Assembly (NCBI GenBank): GCA_030324005.1
Contig: JARDVH010000132.1
Coordinates: 17,699,806-17,763,805, forward strand
Source: Negaprion brevirostris
Taxonomy: Eukaryota
DNA length: 64,000 nucleotides
Direction: 5' to 3'
The notes beneath the pieces are model-generated. The model saw only the letters and a list, made by a program, of their open reading frames with translations, was not told the DNA's origin and made no database searches. The position numbers and the translations under genes are program-made. Shown here piece after piece: positions 27,618 to 40,678 of the stretch (positions within the stretch are counted from its first letter, which is position 1; each line of letters opens with the position of its first letter).

Positions 27618-27920
27618 ATCATGGAATCCTGACAGTACAGAAGGAGGTCATTTGGTCCATCGAACCTGCACTGACCACAATCCTACCCAGGCCTGATTCC
27701 TGTAACCCTACACATTTACCCTGCTAATCCCCCGACACGAGGGTTAATTTAGCATTCCCAATCAACCTAACCCACACATCTTTGGATTGTGGGAGGAAAC
27801 CAGAACACCTGGAGGAAACTCATGCAGGCATGGGGAGAAAGTGCAGACAGTGGCCCAAGGCTGGAATTGAACCTGTATCCCTGATGCTATGAGGCGCTAG
27901 TGCCTGCCACTGTGCTGCAC
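27618..27920 (-). mobile_element. HE1 V-SINE (type 1), within a decayed GC-rich MITE-like sequence (~27144-28063)
   Basis: Reverse complement of the HE1 head, V-domain and tail. Confidence 0.8.
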
Positions 27921-28923
27921 CTTATTTGCCCTGAATTGGCTGCCTCCAGCAAGATCCGATGAAGGGAGGAATGTGTTGGGAAGGCAAACTGATATGCAAC
28001 TTTCAAAAATTCACCACATGCTGTCAAGCTTTCTATTTTCTCCGTTGGTCTGAGATTATGTCCCGTATTTCTCCTTTATGCTGTGGTATGTAAAATAGTT
28101 GGTTTTGGGAAGCGGCGTTTTAACCAAGTGAATTAGAACTTTATCAAATTTTGTATAAAGAGGAACCTGTTTGACAATTTTGTGCCTGTGCTAGCTCTAT
28201 TTTTGAATTGTTTTAATATAAATTCACTGTCTTTCATAACCATGTGGCAGAAGTTTAGTTGTGACTTGCAAATTTATCACTCCAAAGAAATTGGAGTGAT
28301 CAAGGAGAATGTGCAGTTTTAAATCTAAAACGAAGCACTTTACTCGAGGTAGCGTAGTTTCACTGTCAATCCTCTGATATCTTGCCCCAGTAGCCAGACT
28401 TCTGTCAGTTGAGAGTCTAAATGGTGAGAGTTGGAGAACCTATTTGAGTGGGACAATGACAATACACTGGCCCCATTTTCATACCTGATATCCAAGCACA
28501 GACATTTACATCATGGGTTAAAGGTCAATTCAGGACTAAAGCTCCTTCGAGGCTTCCTTGGGAGTATGGCAATCTGCTGTCTTAACATGGATCAGCAGCC
28601 TTCCTTGTCTGGCTGATTTTTACGTGTTCAATTTCTTCGCTGAGCCATTGGGTAGGNNNNNNNNNNNNNTGCAAAATACTGCAGATGCAAGAGATCTGAA
28701 ATAGAAACAAAGTACTGGAAGATCTCAGGAGCCTGCCAGCATCTGTGGAGAGAAACTGTTTTTGAATTGAATATGACTCTTATTTGGAATACATGTTACT
28801 GTAATTTATGAAAAGGTAGATTTTGTATAACTTGTCATTTTTGCAGTTTGTTGTCAGTGTGGTGAATATTACCTGGCAAATTTGGCTGTAATTTCTATAC
28901 ATCAATATATTTTATCTGTGCAG

Positions 28924-29153
28924 GCATCAGGTTTTTGCTGCATTGGCAAAAGAATTTTTCACTGCACCATTCACAGATCAGATCTACAACTTCCTGGTTC
29001 CAGCACTGTCTGCAAGAATTTCCTTTCCTTACATACCTTTCTTGAGTGCATTGTTAACACCGAACGCAACCTCTTCAGTAGGACTCACTTTTACCAGGGA
29101 TATGGCACCTTGGCTTCTGTACTTTGTTCTTGCTGTTGGAGAATCACAGATAG
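28924..29153 (+). CDS. UBE3C: UBE3C exon 8 (HQVFAALAKEFFTAPFTDQIYNF...MAPWLLYFVLAVGESQI)
   Basis: gtgcAG acceptor, GTatgt donor, 230 nt, phase 2/1. Confidence 0.95.
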
Positions 29154-29301
29154 GTATGTAATTATTCCATTGCTGGTTTATAGCCCTTGCAATGCATTCT
29201 ATGTTGCAGTCATTTTGTAATGTACTTGATTTAAGTTCCCTAAGTGATTACTCATAAAACCAAAAACACAAAAATTATGCCTCAAGTATGATTTTGTTTT
29301 T

Positions 29302-29685
29302 TGAAAATTCATTTGTGGGAAATGGATGTTGCTGACTGACCAGCATTTATTGCCCACCCTTAGTTGCCCTTGATTGCAACTGAATGGCTTGCTTGGCCAT
29401 TTCAGAGGGCAGTTGAGAGTCAACCACATTGCTGTGGCTCTGGAGTCACATGCAGGCCAGATCAGGTAAGGACGGCAGATTTCCTTCCCTAAAGAGCATT
29501 AATGAACCAGGTGGCATTTCTGGCAAACGACAACAGTTTCATGGTTATCAGCAGATTCTTAATTCCAAATTACATTTTATTGAATTCAAATTCCACCATC
29601 TGCCCTGACAGGTTGAACCCGTGTCCCCAGCGCATTAGCTGAGTTTCTAGTCCAGCAATAATACCACTCGGTCATCTCATAGGCT
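29302..29685 (-). mobile_element. Family B tRNA-derived SINE, near full length
   Basis: B-box-like ttgaaccc at the 3' side; tail shared with the LINE at 55735-56700. Confidence 0.8.
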
Positions 29686-30030
29686 ATGGTCTTGAGGCCT
29701 ATATTGTTGTAGATTGCAAAATTCAAAAGTAGTTTAAAAAATCTTTTTTGTTCATTTCATATTTGAAATGATTGAAATCGGGATCAAGATGTTATCCAAG
29801 TGACATTCATACTGTGTTTTCCTTCTGCGTTGCTTGGCAGAGTAGAGTTATCTTGTGACTGAAATGATATATCAGAAGTTAGATACAGTCTTAGGAGTAA
29901 CAATTCTTGGATAGTACAGTTCTTGAGCAAATAATTGTTGCTATATCAAGTATTTAAGCATAGTTTTGCCACCTAATTGTGCTGTACTTCTTTGCAAGCT
30001 CTGATGTGACTGCTTTGTTGCTGTTTAATA

Positions 30031-30054
30031 GTGTGTGTGTGTGTGTGTGTGTGT
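30031..30054 (+). repeat. (GT)n microsatellite upstream of exon 9
   Basis: Read directly from the sequence. Confidence 0.95.
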
Positions 30055-30111
30055 TTGTATAAGTTGACGACAGTAACCTTTCTTGCTGTTTTTTCATCTC
30101 CTCAAAATTAG

Positions 30112-30266
30112 GGATTCTGTCTGAGGAAGGCATGCTTGTATACCTGAGGATGTTGCAGATCCTTTTGCCACAGTTACCAGTTTCATTAACTGGTTCAAAT
30201 GGTAGAGAAATTGGCAGCGACTCAGAAAATGAAGAGGAGGAGGAGCAAAAAATGTTTACCAGTAAG
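30112..30266 (+). CDS. UBE3C: UBE3C exon 9 (ILSEEGMLVYLRMLQILLPQLPVS...SDSENEEEEEQKMFTSK)
   Basis: aattAG acceptor, GTaaga donor, 155 nt, phase 1/0; acidic linker. Confidence 0.94.
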
Positions 30267-30669
30267 GTAAGAGAAAAAAACAATTGTTATGATACGTTGG
30301 CATACATGTGAATTGGTAGGCTAATCAATTGCAGTGGAAATAGTACCTTAGCCTGATTCTGTGCTAACCCAACATTTACATGATTTTGCTTTCCAGCAGG
30401 AGTTGCTGCATAATGATCAAGCATTTCACCTACTCAAGCCAGTTGGGACTGCCCCACATGAGTTCTGCTATTTCAGCAGAAAATAAGGGATTGAAACTGG
30501 GTCCTTCCTACTGCCAGATAAATGTGCTGATACATAGCAGAGCTATTTGCATAACTGAGTTATACTGTGTCTAAACACTAAATAATTAGGTTTGAAATAG
30601 TCAGTAAATCACTTCAAGAAGAATTTAGATGTTTGAAATAGAGGATTATTGAAGGTTATTGTTGTGGGG

Positions 30670-31530
30670 GAGACAGTGGCATAGTGGTAATGTAACTGGT
30701 TATCAGCAGATTGTGCCCTGGGACATGAGTTCCAGTCCCACCATGGCAATTGGTGGAGTTTGAATTCAATTGATGAATAAATTCAATTGACCAATAAAAG
30801 ATCTGGGATTAAAGATTAATCATAAAATCCCTACAGTGCAGGAGGAGGCCATTTGGCCTTTTGAGTCTGCACCGATTCTCTGACAGAGCATCTCACTAGG
30901 CCTCGTGCCCGTTAGCCAACATATAGATAGGTTCTTGATTAATAAGGGGATCAAGGATTATGGGGAAAAGGCAGGAGAATGGGGATGAGAAAAATATCAN
31001 NNNNNNNNNNNNNNNNNNNNNNNNNNNNNNNNNNNNNNNNNNNNNNNNNNNNNNNNNNNNNNNNNNNNNNNNNNNNNNNNNNNNNNNNNNNNNNNNNNNN
31101 NNNNNNNNNNNNNNNNNNNNNNNNNNNNNNNNNNNNNNNNNNNNNNNNNNNNNNNNNNNNNNNNNNNNNNNNNNNNNNNNNNNNNNNNNNNNNNNNNNNN
31201 NNNNNNNNNNCATCCAAGGTCAGAACTGAATCTGCTTCCCTGGTGCTGAGGCAGCAGTGCTAACCACTGTGTCACTAATGTCAATAATGATGCTACAAAA
31301 CTATCATGAATTATTATGAAAGCCCACCTGGGTCACGAATGTCCTTTCAGTGAAGGAAAAATCCGCCATCCTTGCATGGTCTGGCCTATATGTGACTTCA
31401 GCCCATTGGTTGCTTCATAAATGCCTTCTGAGATGGCCTATCAAGTTACTCAGTTCAAAGGTAATTAGGGATTGGCAACAAATGCTGGCCTTGCCAGCAA
31501 TGTCCACACTCCATAAGCAAATAAAAAAAA
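30670..31530 (+). mobile_element. Family B SINE split by minus-strand HE1 and CR1 pieces and an N gap
   Basis: Head at 30670-30815, body resumes at ~31275. Confidence 0.7.
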
Positions 31531-32223
31531 CTAGTAAAATGTCAAACATTTAGATCAAAGTGGAAATCGTGTAAAGTATAATTTGACCAAATGTGGCACA
31601 AGACGAGATCGGTTTGTGTCAGCATGATGGGCTTAAAGGTCTGTTTCTATGCTGCAGCATTCTGATTGGTCCAATTCAACATAATTGAATTTATGCAATG
31701 TTCAGTACTGTATTTCACAATTGTCAAATAGGTGCTACCTCTCTGGCTTGAACTTACTAAAAAATAATCAGAATTCATACACATGGCATTTAAAATTTTC
31801 TATTTGGGAAAATTCTTCAGTTTTAATTAGCAATTGTTTTCAAGGTTGGGCAGTTCCCTTTCTTCCCGTTAGTTTAATTTAAAACATGTAACGTACATGT
31901 GTTTTCAAGTTTAACTTTCTCTCACCACACTTCACAGTTACCATTCTTCAAATCCTTGGTCTTTAAATGTATGCAATTTTTCCAGCTTGGTTACTTTGCA
32001 ACAATTTTTACTGCCAACCCTTTTCTCACTGTCAGTCACTTTGGTAACACTTTCACAACAAACAAAAGTATGTTTTAAAATAAAATGCACTATATCCTGA
32101 CTTTCCTTAAATTTTTAATTTTTTTTAGAGATTGTATAGCATGTACAATGTGTTTAATTTAGAATTTATAGAATGTTGATCTGTGCCAGAATTTTATTTT
32201 TTAATATTTGATTCTGTTCCAAG

Positions 32224-32411
32224 GGCGATGGTAGAATTTCTGTAGGTTTAATTACTGCAGAATGTTTGAAGAAACTGGACACTAAACAACAGACAAATGC
32301 CTTGCTAAACCTGGTTTGGAAGGAATCTGTGAGTGAAGATGTTTTCACAATGATGGCATCCATCTGCCATACACTGATGGTGCAACACAGAATGATGGTT
32401 CCAAAAATAAG
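32224..32411 (+). CDS. UBE3C: UBE3C exon 10 (GDGRISVGLITAECLKKLDTKQQTNALLNLVW...CHTLMVQHRMMVPKI)
   Basis: ttccaAG acceptor, GTaaag donor, 188 nt, phase 0/2. Confidence 0.96.
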
Positions 32412-32919
32412 GTAAAGTGGGTCACTGTGGGAGGTTTAAACTTGTTGATACTGGAAACTCTTATATACACGTTTCCCGAAGATAAGGGACAAATTTTCAG
32501 TAATAGTTGGAATAATCTTCAAAAAAGCTCAAATGTTCCCGTGCAATAATACTGAAGGGTGAAAGACAGTCCCTGAAGGCTTTACAAGTCATGTAGACAT
32601 ATTTCATTAAACTGGCAAACCCTTCACAAAGCTTGACAGTCTAAAATGGTTGAGATATTGTAAACACGCATTGATTCACGATTTCCATTTTGATTTAATA
32701 TTTTAATATTTGACATAGTACGAATTAGCGCAAATGTTTAGACTTGGAGGCAGACAAAGCACGTACTCACCTTTATTTTCCCATAGCTTGTTTTCCCAGA
32801 ACAAGTCGCTAGTCTGAAGCTTGAGGAGTACTCATCATGCGTCAAGCATGGCTGACCAGGAGTCTCACCTGCTCTTTCTGCTTGCCATAGGCATCTTTGT
32901 TGGATATTGCAGGTTGATT

Positions 32920-33420
32920 AAAGTTTATTTATTAGTATCACAAGTAGAACATAGAACATTACAGCGCAGAACNNNNNNNNNNNNNNNNNNNNNNNNNNNN
33001 NNNNNNNNNNNNNNNNNNNNNNNNNNNNNNNNNNNNNNNNNNNNNNNNNNNNNNNNNNNNNNNNNNNNNNNNTCCGTTATTCCTGCCAAAGTGAATTACC
33101 TCACACTTTTCCACATTAAACTCCATCCGCCACCTCTCGGCCCAGCTCTAAGTAGCTTATGTTAACACTGCAATAAAGTTACTGTGAAAATCCCTGACTC
33201 GCCACAGTCCGATATCTATCTGTTCAGGTACACTGAGGGAGAATTTAGGGCGGCCAGTGCATCTAACCAGCTCATCTTTCGGACTTGGGAGGAAACTGGA
33301 GCATCTGGAGGAAACACGTGCAGACATGGGGAGAATTTGTAGACAGTGACCCAAGCTGAGAATCAAACCTGGGTCCCTGGTGCTGTGAAGCAGCAGTGCT
33401 AACCACTGTGCCACCATGCT
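32920..33420 (-). mobile_element. HE1 type-2 SINE whose tail is interrupted by a CR1-type insertion
   Basis: aagtag duplicated at 32942-32947 and 33150-33155 around the insert, which contains an N gap. Confidence 0.75.
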
Positions 33421-34099
33421 GACCTTTAGTAGGCTGTCATATGAATGCCTCCTCTGGCCATAGTTGTATCAATGTTATTCCTTCTACATAGCAAGAAGAT
33501 TTGATGGGCACACAATGTGTGCAGTGGAGGTGGGGAAAGCACCAACACACTCGCCCTCTGGGTATGAGCAGTTGCATGTCAGCACAATTCAGTGCCAGAC
33601 CTTGTCTTGAGTTACAGTATCAACCAACCAGATATGAGAAAGATCTTCTCTGTGCATGTATCATATTGAATGGCAAATTATTATATCAGCATCATCTCCA
33701 AAATTCTGAGATCTCAATGTCATTGTTATTACTGTGGAAGAAGCTGGGGTTAAGAATTATTCTCCTGTCAATTTCAAAAGGCAGCTTTAAGGTGTTTTAA
33801 GAATAAACTACCTCTGCTTTTTCTTTCCTGATTTCCCAGGATGACCTTCCATTATAATATAAACCGCTTATTTCTGCAGCTTCTTGGTGTTGATCCTGAC
33901 ATTGTTTGTATTGAGAATCAAACCTGCATCCCATGTCGATACAATTTGCACCAAGTACTACTTAAAGTCTAGATGCATGAAGTTGGTCCTGAATTGAAGC
34001 AGAACTGAACTTACCTTCATTTGAAAAGTAAAAATCTTCTGAAACTATTGACTGTAATCCCATTCCCCTGCCCATTGCTTTATCTTACTAAAGCTATCT

Positions 34100-34960
34100 T
34101 GAGAATTGGATGAGTATTTCTAAACCTTGGTGTCACATTTGACCCTTGGGTAAGCTTCTGACCTTATTCGCACCATCACCAAACCTGCCTATTTCTACTC
34201 TGATAGCACTGCCCAATTTTGCCCATCTCGTGCTTTCAGGGGAATTTCACAGTAACTTCATTGCAGTGTTGATGTAAGCCTTACTTGTGACTAATAAATA
34301 AACTTTACTTTTTACTTTCCTTCTTTATCTGTTGCTGAAACCTTTAGTTATTGCTTTGTCACCTTCAGACTTGGCTACTGTAGTACACCCTGGCTGGTCT
34401 CCTACATTATGCTGCCCATTAGTATGAGATCATCCAAAGCTTTTGCTATTGTCTTGACTTGCACCAAGTGCTGTTCACCAATCACCACTGTGCTTTTGGA
34501 AGAGTGGAAATAGGCAGGTTTGGTGATGATGTGATTAAGATCAGAATTGCCACTGCTTGCTGTCCTACACTGGCTTCTGGTCAAGCTACACCTTGATTTT
34601 AAAATTCTCATTCTTGTTTTCAGATCCCTCCATGACCTCACTCTGTCCTATCTGTATATTCTCTTCCAGCCCAATAATCCTGAGATATCCTCTCTAACTC
34701 TGGTCTCCTGAGTATCACTGATTTTAATCTCTTCACCATTGGTGACTATGCCTTCCGTTAAGCTCTGGAATAACCTCCCTCCATCTCTTGGCATCATTCC
34801 TTTGGGACACCGCTTAAAACTTTAAGCACCATTTTGGTCATCTGCCCTAACACCACCTCTTGTGTTTATACTGNNNNNNNNNNCTTCATAATTTATAATG
34901 CTTCTGTGTAGCACCTTGGGTCATTTTATCACTTTATAGGCACTATATCAATATACATTG
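34100..34960 (+). mobile_element. L2-type LINE 3' fragment
   Basis: LGVTFDP, ITKPAYF, AETF..AFVTFRLGY, LHWLLVKLHLDFKILILVF remnants and an L2-like tail. Confidence 0.75.
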
Positions 34961-35158
34961 TTTTGAAACTATGACAATGTTGGTAAAAGATGTTGTAGAG
35001 CATTTCGCGTGTAAAGAAAAACTTCTCACTTTTCTGTTTGATCAGCTTTGAAGCTCTTTGTCTCGATCATTGCTGCCATCTCCTGATATTAACTGTTGCC
35101 GCTTCTCTATGGAATCTCACTCTGCCACATGCTGCTGGTGGCAATCCTTGATGGTTTA

Positions 35159-36451
35159 TTAGATATCCCCAGCACTGCAGTGGAAAATTTTCCAGGAGCT
35201 AGGAACAGTTGTGAGGGGGAAACGGGTGGCTTACAATGAATTCATTGCTCACTTCCACTCTAACGAGTGTTTTCAAACTAGGCTCAGTTTAAACAGTGAA
35301 CATTCCTGTCAGAAATAAATAGGATCATTGCTCTGTTGGATAGGATCCCAATACCATTTTGGTTGTCATTAAGACCCAACCCACTTGGGTAAAACTGCCC
35401 ACTTTTTAATGAGTTCTAACAAGCTGGCTCAGAGCAGTGTTGGTTAAGAGGTTGCTGGAAGCCGACCTGGCAGTTTTATCCAANNNNNNNNNNATCTTTA
35501 GTTGCTCTCTGTTTTCTTCAGAGTTCATTATTCTAATACTCATTGCCACCTTTCCCTTTAAATGTTCTATTGCAGACCCATATTCCAATTGTCTACTACC
35601 CTCCCAAAAATGGCAAGCTGCCTATTTGAGGCACAAAATTTGGAGACAGCTTGTCACATCTATGTCTGTGAATTCTGGTCATTAAAATTCTTGGGCTTCT
35701 CAAGCAATTGCTCTGCGCTCTATCTGCCATAGGGGTGCAGGTTCATAGTTCCCTGAAAGTGGAGTCTCAGATAGAATAGTGAAGAAGCCATTTGGCACGC
35801 TTGGTTTCATTTGTCAGAACATTGAATACAGGAGTTGGGACGTCTTGTTGAAGTTGTACGAGGCATTGATAAAGCCACACTTGGAAAACTGTGCACAGTT
35901 CTGGTCACCCCATTGTAGAAAGGATATTATTAAACTAGAAAGAGCATGGAAAAGATTTACTAGGATGCTACCGGGACTTAATGGTTTGAGTTATAAGGAG
36001 AGGCTGGATAGACTGGGACTTTTTTCCCTCAAGTGTAGGAGGCTTAGGGGTGATCTTAGAAATCTATAAAATAGTGATGAGCATAGATTAGGTGGTTAGT
36101 CAACATCTTTTCCCAAAGGTAGAGGAGTGCAAAGCTAGAGAGCATAGGTTTAAGGTGAGTGGAGACAGATACAAAAGTGTCCAGAGGGGCAATTTTTTCA
36201 CACACGGTGGTGAATGTCTGAGATGAGCTGCCAGAGGTGGTAGTAGAGGTGGGATTGGTATTGGGATTTATAATGGTATTGGGATCCTATCCAACAGAGC
36301 AATGATCCTATTTATTTCTGACAGGAATGCTCACTGTTTAAACTGAGCCTAGTTTGAAAACACTCGTTAGAGTGGAAGTGGGCAATGAATTCATTGTAAG
36401 CCACCCGTTTCCCCCTCACAACTGTTCCACTGCAGTGCTGGGGATTTCTAA
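35159..36451. repeat. Inverted duplication: 35159-35358 versus 36272-36451
   Basis: By-eye alignment shows three substitutions and one 20-nt deletion. Confidence 0.93.
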
Positions 36452-36585
36452 GCATTTAGAGTTGCATGGGTATAGAGGGATATGGGCCAAACGTGGGCTT
36501 GGGTCTAGCTTAAGGGTAAAAACTGGATGGCATGGACAAGTTGGGCCGCAGGGGCTGTTTCCATGCTATAAACCTCAATGACTTT
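35730..36585 (+). mobile_element. CR1-type LINE 3' end, carrying an internal templated insertion
   Basis: VKKPFGTLGFICQNIEYRSWDVLLKLYEALIKPHLENCAQFWSPH. Confidence 0.88.
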
Positions 36586-37639
36586 ATATGTAGGACAAAG
36601 GCAAAACTTGAGATATTGATTCCTTTAATGAAATATTGGGACAGGAATTCATGTTGATGAGGATAATGTGTCAGAGCTGAATAGTGATGCCTGATTCTGG
36701 AGTGCGCTTGATTACTTTTGATTCTCTTGGGCATAGGGGAAGGGTGTCCTTGCCCAGGAGTTTCCTTCAGGATCTTAAATAGGGTTAAGTGTAAAGTACA
36801 CCATCTAGTTGAGCTTGGTAGGCTGGCCCATTTTCATTCCATAGACCTTACACTCAGGGACCTAAGTTCACCATAAATAAGTAATCAACTTGCATAATTT
36901 TATTAAGCATGATTATATTCAATATTTCTAAATTAGTGGCTTTGAATTTACTATTTCCATATTGCAGACATTCAAAAATTCAACTACTCATTTCCTGTAT
37001 CTAAGATCTGTGCAACAGATTGTAGTTAAGGGTTAGGCGTCCTGGAGCAAATAGAACATTGTTTAAAAAATTCATTTGCAGATGTTTCTTGTCAATGTTG
37101 GCTTGGGAGAAATGGTTTCTTTTTGTTTCCCACTGAGGCAGTTGCAGAATTGTTGTCGTAAGCAATTTGCTGGTATTTTGCATTGCTACATTTTGTGTAG
37201 TTTTGGTGACATAAAATTTCTCAACTCACAAGTTCAATCTTCAGTTAGCATTAGAATGAAACATTGTGCCAAAGTTGATTGTATGCATGCTGTACTTATT
37301 AATATCTAGTTTGACTAGCTACTTCACTACTGTCATCAGCTCAGCAACATTCATGGCTATTGGCTTGAACTCGTTTCTCCAGGATTTGAGAATGTAATTT
37401 GGTTGAAAGTACAGTACTGAAAAAAAACTGCTTTATTGAATGTGCTGTCTTTCAAATGAGATGTGAAATGGTGGATGTGTTTGTTTATCACAAATGGTTG
37501 TAAGATATTCCATTTCACTGCTCAAAGAGAAGCAGCCTATTCAGGCCTTGTTTTCTCCCAACCCCCACTCATCATCTTGTGGATTGTACACATTCTGTTG
37601 CTGTGCACTGGATGTTTGAGGTGTCAGTCGAGGAGGTGG

Positions 37640-38640
37640 TTTTGTCTGAGATGATACTGAGCTTCCCGATTGTAATTGTCACTGCACTCATACAGGCAAG
37701 TGGAGAGCTTTCCACTACACTCCTAACTTCTGCCTGAAAGTTGCTGGGCAGGTTTTGGGAAGTCAGGANNNNNNNNNNGTTAGTTGCCTCAAAATTCCCA
37801 CCCTTAAACCTGCTCTTGTAGCCACAATATTTATTAGGCTAGTCCATTTAAACTTCTGGATAAAAATAATCCCCAGCATGTTGATAGTGTGAGGTTCAGC
37901 AGTGTTAATGTAATTGGACGTTATGGGGAGGTGGTTAGGTTCTCTCTTGGAGATGATCATTATCTGGCACTTGGGGGGTGCCAATGTTCCTTACCACTTA
38001 AGTCTGATTGTCCACTGGATATGAACTGCTTCATTATCTGAGGAGTTGCTAGTTAAACTGAAGGCATTGATAATCATTGGCAAAAATCCCCATTTCTGAC
38101 CTCCTGATGGAGAAAAGAGAATTCATGACAGCTGAGGATGGCAAACCCATGGGGTGGGATTTTCTAGCCCATCCTGTTGATTTGGACCTTTCAGTCCCTT
38201 GGATTCTCTTGAACAGGGTAGACGAGCTGTGCAAACTGCCATTGGCAATGGTGGGACTGGAAAATTCCACTGAAGGGAGGGGGGAGACACTGCTCTGTAG
38301 AAATCCTACCATCCTGTCCTGGAGTTGAGATAATTGGCATCAAATAACCCAAACCATGGCCAGTGGAGAGAGCTTTCTCCCTGATTCCCACTAACTTCAA
38401 TTTCTCTAAGGCTTCTTGATGCCACGGTCAAATGTTGCCTTGGTGTCAAGGGCAGTAACTGTAACCTCATCTCTGGAATTCAGCTCTTTTTAACCGATGT
38501 CTGTCTGAGTGGACCTGGTAGAACTTGACATCGGTGAGTATGATTTGAGTGTAAGTGCTACTTCATAGTGCTGTCAGTGACACTTTCCATCACTGTTGGT
38601 AATTCTGATTGGGGTGGTAATTGGCCAGATTGGATTTGAC
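37640..38640 (-). mobile_element. Decayed CR1-clade LINE (family related to 55735-56700)
   Basis: KCQIMIISKRE, INMLGIIF..KFKWTSLINIVATRAG.RVGIL; reverse complement of LDTKATFD. Confidence 0.7.
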
Positions 38641-40397
38641 TTTTGTGGACAGGAAGAAATGTTTTAAGACGCTTTTGAAAGTGGGTATGGAGGCGTTGAG
38701 GCAGAGAACAGAATCTGAGAAGGCAGGGACATTGTGGCTGAAAGTACGTCTATTGATGCTGGAGGAAAAAGCAAGAATTAGCTGCATGCTTTTGTCAGAG
38801 GAGTGGAAAGTGTTGTAAGGCGTATTGATCTGGCTATAATCACTGTTAGGATCCAGTTGAAGCCATCGAGGAATTTAAAATACCATTCTGGAGAAATTGT
38901 GCATACTTTGAAACTTTACTAATTAGCAATCTTCATTAACCAAAAAAAAATCTTATTGACATGCCATTGTAGTCTTTAGAGTTCATTGTTCCCTAAAAAA
39001 CAATTTGAATTAAAACTTTCTGCAACAGCGTTTCAGTGGTTAAATAATTACTGATTTTCTTTTGCAATGAGCAATCGTAAAATATTCTAACGCACAAATG
39101 TTTGCAATAACAAAGATGTAGCTACTTATGCCGTTCTTGTGTTGTACTTCATGCCATTCATTGCAAAACAGCAATGTAAATAATGCACTGAAAGCCTATT
39201 AGCTCTGTCTTAGTTTAGGAGTGTTTATAGCTGCCAGAGGAAGTAAGATGTCAGTGAAACTGTCAATGCTCGATTAAGATAATTAGCTTTTTGTGGACTA
39301 ATTACATCAGGGCAGGATGTGAGGTTTCAGGAACATAGCTGCTGCTGAATTGAGATGCCTGCATTTATTGTTGCAAATAACCTGCCTCCCTGGGTAATAA
39401 CTACTGATTTTAAATGCATCATCACACTGGTTGCATTTACTAGTGAACTATTTGTAAAGGTGTTTACTGAAGTGAAGAAAGCAATGCCATGGCTGTAATT
39501 GTGTGAGCACAGCTGCCATTTCCTGTGTGGAATGCTTAGCTCTAAATCAGCAATTTTACTGAGATTCAGCAAGCAGAATGTCCTAAAATCATTCGTTAAA
39601 ATGTTTATTTATTGGCTTTTGTTAATTGGCAGTGCTTCATCACATTTTATGGATATAGACATTTTTCCTCCTCTATTTATATATCAAAATGTGTTAGACT
39701 TTATACAAATGAAAATAGTTTTCGCTAAGTCTGTCTTTCAGCTTTATTAGAATTGATTTGGCCACTTCACTGATGCAGATGTTTCTCGTCCCAGAACAAA
39801 TTGTCGTCATCTGTGTGATTTAGAAAAAGGACAGAATTTGCTGTGTACGTTTTTCCAGTCAACATTAGAGGAATGGATAAATTTATGTAGTTCTAATTTA
39901 TCCAATGGATTCTAACGTTAGTGTGCTAGAGTTGAGAAGAATGAGAGTTGATCTCCTTGAAACATACAAAATTCTTAAGTGCTCAACTGAAAGGGTGTTT
40001 TCCCCTGGATGGGATGATGGAGGGGGGGTGGTTTTTGAACCAGGGAGCACAGTCTCAAAATAACTGAGATGAGGAGGAATGTTTTCACTTGAGGAGTGAA
40101 TCTTTGAAGTTCTCTACCCCAGAGGATTATGGAGCTTCAGTGAGTGGCTACATTAAATACAGATGTTGGCCGTCTCTGCATTCTTGATGATACCTGCTCA
40201 ATCCTGGCCTTGTATTGCCTCAACCGCAAGCTCTAGAATTCCCTCTTTACATTTCTCTGCCTCTCTACCTCACTTTCCTCTTCAAAGGCAGTTTCTTTAA
40301 CCAAGCTTTTGGTCTGACCTACTAACTCCTTGCAGTTTGATGTCATACTTTGTCTGATAATGCTCCTGTGAAGTGTTTTGGAATGTGTCTTTATTGT

Positions 40398-40678
40398 TAT
40401 CATAGAATCTACAGTGTAGAAGGAGGCCATTTGGCCCATCGATCCTGCAATGACAAAAATCCCATCCTCAAAACCCTACATATTTGCCCTCCTAATCCCC
40501 CGACACTGCAATTTATCATGGCCAATTAACCTAACCCGCACATTTTTGGAGTGTAGGAGAAAACGCACGTAGACATGGGGAGAATGTGTGCAGACTCCAC
40601 ACAGTCACCCGAGGCCAGAATTGAACCTGGGCCCCTGGTGCTGTAAGGCAGTAGTGCTGACCAATGTGTCACTGTGCT
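40398..40678 (-). mobile_element. HE1 V-SINE (type 1)
   Basis: Reverse-complement head and tail. Confidence 0.8.
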
